Shown: piece by piece, positions 58,761 to 64,000 of the stretch
How the letters are laid out: each line of letters starts with the position of its first letter
Position numbering within the stretch: position 1 is the first letter of the stretch
Assembly (NCBI GenBank): GCA_026985555.1
Contig: JALSQF010000010.1
Coordinates: 26,112-90,111 of the forward strand
DNA from: Candidatus Moraniibacteriota bacterium
Lineage (GTDB): Bacteria > Patescibacteriota > Minisyncoccia > Moranbacterales > UBA9337
Direction: 5' to 3'
Length of the DNA: 64,000 nt
Notes under the pieces: generated by a model
What the model saw: only the letters and a program-made list of their open reading frames with translations
What the model was told of the DNA's origin: nothing
The model's database searches: none
Made by a program: the position numbers and the translations under genes

Positions 58761-58830
58761 CCAATTATCTCTAAAAATCAGTATTTAGTATTTAAAAGTT
58801 AAAAAATAATTTTTACAAAAATTTTATTCT
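58761..58830. repeat. Left arm of an imperfect inverted-repeat pair of about 75 bp (partner at 63769-63846)
   Basis: ccaattatctctaaaaatcagtatttagtatttaaaagttaaaaaataatttttacaaaaattttattct; by eye about 85% reverse-complement identity to the partner, including an exact 21-mer. Confidence 0.8.
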
Positions 58831-59750
58831 TGTTTCTCTTGTTTTTTGTTTTTTTTGTTATGAAACTTTTGATGAATTTTTTTTAATTGCTGATTGGTAA
58901 TGTGAGTGTAAATTTGAGTAGTGGTAATAGAAGAATGGCCTAACATACTTTGCACGCTTCTGATATCAGCACCATTAGATAAAAGATCAGTGGCAAAGCT
59001 ATGTCTTAAAGTATGAGGATGAACATCTTTAGTGATACCAGCTTTAGTAGCGTAATATTTAACAATTCTTTGTATACTTCTAGATGTTAAACGTAAATTA
59101 TCTTCCTTTTTATTTTTAGTTAGACGAATAAAAAGAGCTTCATCTATATCAGTCCGCTGTTGCAAATATTTTAAAAGCGCTTGACGGGCAGTTTCCGAAA
59201 GGAAAACTAGTCTTATTTTCCCGCCTTTTCCTTTAACACTAAACTCTTGTTTATCTAAATTAATTTGATCGCGATTTAAATTAACTAGTTCGGAAACACG
59301 CAAACCAGTGGAGAAGAGTAATTCTAAAATTGCTCTATCACGTAAACCTTTAAAGCCGTTTTCATCGGGAGATTGAAGTAATTTTTCTAATTCATCTTTG
59401 GTTAGAAATTCAATTTCTTTTTGTGGATTTTTACCTACTTCTATTTTTTCTGCTGGTAAAGTTTTTATATCACGAACGGCCAGATATTTTAAAAAATTGC
59501 GTAAAGCAATAATGTGATAATTTTGAGTAGATTTTTCTAGTTTTTTTCCTTTTTCATCTTCAAAACGATTTAAATACAAACGATATTGTCTTACTTTTTC
59601 TAGGGTGATATCTTCTGGTTGGCTAATTTGAGTAAAATCTAAAAAACGTTTTAAATAATGATGATAATTTTCTATGGTTTTAAGGGAACGGTTTACTTCT
59701 ATTTCTAAATGCTCTAAAAATTGATTAACTAATTTTTCTAAAGTAGTCAT
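58824..59750 (-). CDS. xerC: Tyrosine site-specific recombinase (XerC/XerD family)
   Basis: N-terminal core-binding domain; catalytic R...HxxR...Y region (HTLRHSFAT, GHSSITTTQIYTH). The stop codon lies inside the left inverted-repeat arm. Confidence 0.8.
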   Translation of the reverse strand: MTTLEKLVNQFLEHLEIEVNRSLKTIENYHHYLKRFLDFTQISQPEDITLEKVRQYRLYLNRFEDEKGKKLEKSTQNYHIIALRNFLKYLAVRDIKTLPAEKIEVGKNPQKEIEFLTKDELEKLLQSPDENGFKGLRDRAILELLFSTGLRVSELVNLNRDQINLDKQEFSVKGKGGKIRLVFLSETARQALLKYLQQRTDIDEALFIRLTKNKKEDNLRLTSRSIQRIVKYYATKAGITKDVHPHTLRHSFATDLLSNGADIRSVQSMLGHSSITTTQIYTHITNQQLKKIHQKFHNKKNKKQEKQE

Positions 59751-59911
59751 AAGGATTTATTAATTGATTATATTATTATAACATTGTTTGAAAAATATGA
59801 AAAATTGTAATTTTTTGCTAATTATGTTTATGTGTAAAACATTATAAACATTGAAAAATATTAAAAATAGTATTATGATAATTAATATTTAAACTCTTTT
59901 AGGAAAATATT

Positions 59912-61447
59912 ATGTCAGATTTAGAAAAAAAGAAAAAAGAAATTAGAGTAAGATTTGCTCCTTCTCCCACAGGTGAACTTCACATTGGAGGTTTAAGAAC
60001 AGCTTTAACTGATTTTCTTTTTGCCCAACAAAATAAGGGTAAATTTATTTTAAGAATAGAGGATACCGATCAAAAAAGATTAGTAAAGGGATCTATTAAA
60101 AGAATTATCCATTCCTTAGAATGGTCTGGAATAAAAATTGATGAGGGGGTTTTTTTAAATCAAAAGGGAGAAATTATTCAAAAGGGGAAGTTTGGACCTT
60201 ATATTCAATCTCAACGTTTAAAAATTTATCAAAAATATGTAGAAAAATTACTTCAAGAAGGAAAAGCTTACCGATGTTTTTGTTCTGCTCAAAGATTAGA
60301 AAAAATGAGAAAAGAACAATTAGCTCAAGGAGAAGCTCCTCATTACGATAGAAAATGTCTTAATCTTACTCAAAAAGAAATTGATGAAAAAATTCAAAAA
60401 GGAGAAAAATATGTTGTTCGTTTTAAAATTCCTTCAGGAAAAACTAGTTTTAATGATTTAGTTTATGGAAAAATAGAAGTAAAAAATGAAACTTTAGATG
60501 ATCAAGTTATTTTAAAATCAGATGGTTTTCCCACCTATCATCTCGCTTCTGTGGTGGATGATTATTTAATGAAAATAACTCATGTTTTTCGGGGAGCAGA
60601 ATGGATTTCTAGTACACCTAAACATATATTACTTTATCAAGCTTTAGGATGGGAGAAAAGTCAGCCGTATTTTTGCCATATGCCTAATATTTTGAACAAA
60701 AATAAACGAAAGCTTTCCAAAAGAGAGGGAAGTGTTAGTGTGCAAGATTTTAAACAACAGGGTTATCCTGCTGAAGCGTTAATTAACTTTATTGCTTTAT
60801 TGGGCTGGAACCCTAAAACAGAACAAGAAATTTTTACCTTAAAAGAACTAATAGAGCAGTTTGATATTAAAAAAATGAATAAATCAGGAGGAATTTTTGA
60901 TTTAGATAGATTAAACTGGATTAGTGCCCAACACATAAAAAGAATGTCCGTGGAAAAACTTTATGGATTAGCTTTGCCTTTTTTAGAAAAAAAGAATTTC
61001 TTTCAAGAGTGGAAAGAAAAAAATAAATTTATAAATCAAGAAGAATATCTAAAAAAAGTTTTAGAAGTTGAAAAAGAACGATTAGAAAAATTTACTGATG
61101 TAGGAGAAAAAAATAAATTTTTCTTTCAAGAAAGCGGGACTATAAAAATTTCTTTTGATGAAATGCGTTGGAAAAAGCAAACTAATCAAGATATTCAAAA
61201 AAATCTTAAAAAAGCTTATAATACATTATATAATATATCAAAAAACAACTGGACAAGAGCTAATATTGAAAAAGAATTATTAAAAACAGCTCAAGAGAAG
61301 AGAGGAGAGCTTCTTTTTCCCTTAAGAGCAGTTTTAACTGGTCAAAAATATTCTCCTTCTCCCTTTGAAGTGGCTTGGGTCTTAGGAAAGAAAGAAACAC
61401 TAAGTAGAATTAATCGGGCATTGGATTTGTTTAAAAATTTAGATTAA
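59912..61447 (+). CDS. gltX: Glutamate--tRNA ligase
   Basis: HIGG motif (PSPTGELHIGGLRTAL) and KMSKS-like KLSKR; class I aaRS catalytic domain plus an anticodon-binding tail. Confidence 0.9.
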   Translation: MSDLEKKKKEIRVRFAPSPTGELHIGGLRTALTDFLFAQQNKGKFILRIEDTDQKRLVKGSIKRIIHSLEWSGIKIDEGVFLNQKGEIIQKGKFGPYIQSQRLKIYQKYVEKLLQEGKAYRCFCSAQRLEKMRKEQLAQGEAPHYDRKCLNLTQKEIDEKIQKGEKYVVRFKIPSGKTSFNDLVYGKIEVKNETLDDQVILKSDGFPTYHLASVVDDYLMKITHVFRGAEWISSTPKHILLYQALGWEKSQPYFCHMPNILNKNKRKLSKREGSVSVQDFKQQGYPAEALINFIALLGWNPKTEQEIFTLKELIEQFDIKKMNKSGGIFDLDRLNWISAQHIKRMSVEKLYGLALPFLEKKNFFQEWKEKNKFINQEEYLKKVLEVEKERLEKFTDVGEKNKFFFQESGTIKISFDEMRWKKQTNQDIQKNLKKAYNTLYNISKNNWTRANIEKELLKTAQEKRGELLFPLRAVLTGQKYSPSPFEVAWVLGKKETLSRINRALDLFKNLD

Positions 61448-61475
61448 TTATATACAAAACTAAAACTAAATAAAA

Positions 61476-62810
61476 ATGTTAAAATTATTAAAATTTGTTT
61501 CTGTTAGTATAATTTTATTCTTTTTTCTTTTTTCTCCTTATTATATTTTTGCTGAAGATACTACCAATTATACAGATAATACAAATGGATTGAGTAAGCA
61601 AAAACAAAAAGAATATGAAAGTAAAACAAAAAAAATTGAAAAGCTTAATGAAAAAGCTAGAATTTATCAAAAAATTTTAGATATTAAACGCAATCAAAAA
61701 ACAACACTTTATCAACAATTACAAAATATAAATAATGAAATAAAATCATTACAAGAAGAAATAACCACTCAAAAAGAAAAAATAATCACACTCAATGATA
61801 AGATTGCTGTTTTAGAAAAAAGAATTACAGAAAATCAAAAAAAAATTAAAGAACAAAAAAAGCTTTTATCTTATATGGTGCGTTCTTATTATGAATACGC
61901 TCAACATGATTGGTATCCTGCCATTTTAAGTAATGAAGGTGTAGCTGGTTTTCTAACTAATAAAGATAGATTAACACAATCAGGAGATAAGATTAAAAAA
62001 TTATTGGGAGCATTGAAGTCTCTTAAAAATAATTTAGAAAACAAAAAAAGATCTTTAACTAACAAAAAGAAAGAAGTTATAGAGATGCAAAGGAAATTAG
62101 AAGAAAAAAATCTTTATTTGATAAGCAATAAACAACGGAAAAACAATTTATTAATTCAAACCAAAGGAGAAGAAGCTAGATATCAAAAAAAACTAGAGAG
62201 AATAAAGGCAGAAAAAATGCAATTGTTAGGTGATATTGATGAGTTATTTAATGCTAATAGTGCTAATATTAATGTATGGAAAGCTAATCTTCCGCAACCA
62301 AAAAGTGGTTTAGCTTCTTTACGTTGGTATTATTCACAAAAAGACTCTCGTTGGGGAAATAAAACTATAGGTAACTCTAACAGTTTGATGAAAAATTATG
62401 GATGTGCTATTACATCTATTTCCATGGTCTTTACTTATCATGGTAATCGTATTTCTCCAGGATTAATGTGTAAACAATCCATTTTTGATTGGGATTTAAT
62501 TAAATGGCCTAATACTTGGGGCGGATTGTCTTTGGATAAGGGTGTAGGACATTTTCATGGAAACATAAACTGGAAAACTATAGATAAAAACTTAAAAAAG
62601 AAAAATCCAGTGGTAGTTTATATTAGAGCAGGGCGCAAAGGGGGTCATTATGTCGTAATTCATCATAAGGATAAAAAAGGAAGATATATAGTTCACGATC
62701 CTTATTTTGGACCGAACATTTTTTTAAGCTCTACAATGTCGTTGCTTTCTAAATTATATAAAGTTCCTATTTCAAAAAGATCAATAGATCAAATGATTTT
62801 ATATAAATAA
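61476..62810 (+). CDS. Secreted coiled-coil protein with a C-terminal papain-like (C39-like) cysteine-peptidase domain (PcsB-like architecture; putative cell-wall hydrolase)
   Basis: A signal peptide, roughly 230 aa of coiled coil, and a C-terminal domain with NYGCAITSISMVFTYHG (Cys), GGHYVVIHH (His) and HDP. Confidence 0.55.
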   Translation: MLKLLKFVSVSIILFFFLFSPYYIFAEDTTNYTDNTNGLSKQKQKEYESKTKKIEKLNEKARIYQKILDIKRNQKTTLYQQLQNINNEIKSLQEEITTQKEKIITLNDKIAVLEKRITENQKKIKEQKKLLSYMVRSYYEYAQHDWYPAILSNEGVAGFLTNKDRLTQSGDKIKKLLGALKSLKNNLENKKRSLTNKKKEVIEMQRKLEEKNLYLISNKQRKNNLLIQTKGEEARYQKKLERIKAEKMQLLGDIDELFNANSANINVWKANLPQPKSGLASLRWYYSQKDSRWGNKTIGNSNSLMKNYGCAITSISMVFTYHGNRISPGLMCKQSIFDWDLIKWPNTWGGLSLDKGVGHFHGNINWKTIDKNLKKKNPVVVYIRAGRKGGHYVVIHHKDKKGRYIVHDPYFGPNIFLSSTMSLLSKLYKVPISKRSIDQMILYK

Positions 62811-62848
62811 AAAATTTAAGAATGTCTATTTTTTATTAAGTAAAGAGA

Positions 62849-62875
62849 GGGTTGTGTCGCACAACCTTTTATTAT
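62849..62875 (+). terminator. Rho-independent terminator
   Basis: ggttgtg-tcg-cacaacc followed by ttttattattattttttt. Confidence 0.7.
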
Positions 62876-62937
62876 TATTTTTTGATATATATTTGCTAAA
62901 AAATATTTTTTTAGTGATTGATAAGAATTTTTTGATG

Positions 62938-63011
62938 TGGGCGTATTCCGACTTGAACGGAAGACCTCTTGCGTGTCGAGCAAGCGCTCTAACCAGCTGA
63001 GCTATACGCCC
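62938..63011 (-). tRNA. tRNA-Val (anticodon GAC), CCA not encoded; unusual C at position 33
   Basis: Reverse complement folds as acceptor GGGCGTA/TACGCCC, D-stem GCTC/GAGC, anticodon stem CTTGC/GCAAG, loop TCGACAC and T-loop TTCAAGT. Confidence 0.7.
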
Positions 63012-63768
63012 AAATTTAAATTTTAAATAAATATATTTTTTGTAATTTTAATTAATTTATTTATTTAGTTAAAACTAAATATTATATTATATCATAATAT
63101 GTAATATGTATAGTATTATAAATTTTTTTATATATATTTATATATGAAATTACATAAACCATATACATACTTGTATAAATCATATACATATATGTATATG
63201 ATTATATAACAAATAGTATGTTGTAATGAAATAATAAAAAGAAAAAACAAAAAAGGAAATAAATTAAATATAGAAACATAAATATATAATATAAATATTT
63301 AATATATATCAAAATGATAACTAAATTTAATTTTATATATTTTTTATAATATAAAAAATATATAAAATTAAAAAACAAAACTTAATCTAATAAAAAACAA
63401 GTAAACAAAAAATTTTTATATACGTTACATGTATAATCACAATAAAGATATTTAAAACAAATAAAAGATAAAAAATAAAAGTAATTTTATTTGTGTAAAT
63501 GTCGTCCAATCTACATTGTGCGACACATATAATATAAGTATCTATGTATGTATATATAAATATATACGAAAGCAATAAGTAAAAATATAAACAAGCCATT
63601 TATATATTTATTTGTATATATATAAATATTACCCTATTCCCTTTTTTAAAACTCTTAAAATTAAAAAAAATTTAAAAGATTAAAAGTGAAGTTTTATTTT
63701 TAATTAAAATTAATTAGAATAAAAAAAATTATTATTATATAGAAAATAGAAAATAAAAAAACAAAAAT
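63012..63768. repeat. Extremely AT-rich low-complexity tract with short TA/CATA-type micro-repeats
   Basis: Runs of atatacata and tatgtatatg and poly-A/T; only a dubious 70-aa antisense ORF. Confidence 0.6.
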
Positions 63769-63846
63769 AAAAATAAAATATTTTTTGCAAAAAATATTTT
63801 TTAAATTTTAAATACTAAATACTGATTTATTTTTAGAGATAATTTA
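63769..63846. repeat. Right arm of the inverted-repeat pair (partner of 58761-58830)
   Basis: aaaataaaatattttttgcaaaaaatattttttaaattttaaatactaaatactgatttatttttagagataatt. Confidence 0.8.
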
Positions 63847-64000
63847 TATTTTATATATTTAATTTAAATTCTAGTAATGAATAATAATTGAGTTAAAAGA
63901 AGTCCTATTATATCAAAATTGTCTAAATATTTCATTTGATTTTTGTTTAATATTAATAAGACTGAATAATTATTTATTTTTTGATGAGATGGAATCAATA

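Noticed and set aside
58824-59750. Tyrosine recombinase considered as a phage or ICE integrase marking a prophage.
   Set aside because: Its size and motifs fit chromosomal XerC/XerD-type recombinases, and no phage structural, replication or excisionase genes are nearby. It is kept as xerC-like, but its position at the inverted-repeat boundary is flagged in the findings.
63387-63599. 70-aa minus-strand ORF inside the AT-rich tract.
   Set aside because: The translation is pure I/Y/F/L low complexity, with no RBS, inside a micro-repeat region.

Overview
This 64 kb window is very AT-rich (by eye below 30% GC) and densely packed with housekeeping genes. Many proteins carry lysine-rich tails, L30 is absent, and the genes are short and tightly spaced, which is typical of a reduced genome of the CPR/Patescibacteria type. 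Core content in order: a pilB-like ATPase, nfo, a DHH phosphoesterase, rbfA-infB, trmD, dnaG-rpoD, a WecB-family glycosyltransferase, mraY, fpg, dnaJ, priA, lepB, hisS, a HIT-family protein, rpsU, ybeY-dgkA, ftsA-ftsZ and tRNA-Asn. These are followed by tuf and an S10/spc ribosomal-protein cluster with L2 displaced and L30 absent, which ends after L15 without secY. Then come polA, xerC, gltX and tRNA-Val. The accessory or unusual content is as follows. (1) At 51.7-57.5 kb, a restriction-modification locus: a fused PD-(D/E)xK nuclease plus N6-adenine methyltransferase, then an RloC-like ABC ATPase with a CxxC zinc hook and an R-x3-E...H tail, then an HsdS-like subunit. There is no hsdR, so the layout is Type IIB-like. 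A small AbrB-like ORF that was not called and a membrane protein follow. (2) A visibly GC-rich, foreign-looking gene (32663..33325) sits just downstream of tRNA-Asn. It is bracketed by direct copies of a palindromic terminator repeat and driven by a perfect consensus promoter. (3) A palindromic repeat family (TTTCTGGCTATTTAAAT...ATTTAAATAGCCAGAAA) occurs 4 times. (4) A 12-bp tandem repeat, GGGGTCATTAAA, occurs at two loci. (5) Imperfect inverted repeats of about 75 bp bound a 5-kb segment that holds xerC, gltX, a peptidase, tRNA-Val and an AT-rich tract. All calls are by eye from the sequence and the ORF translations; no searches were run.
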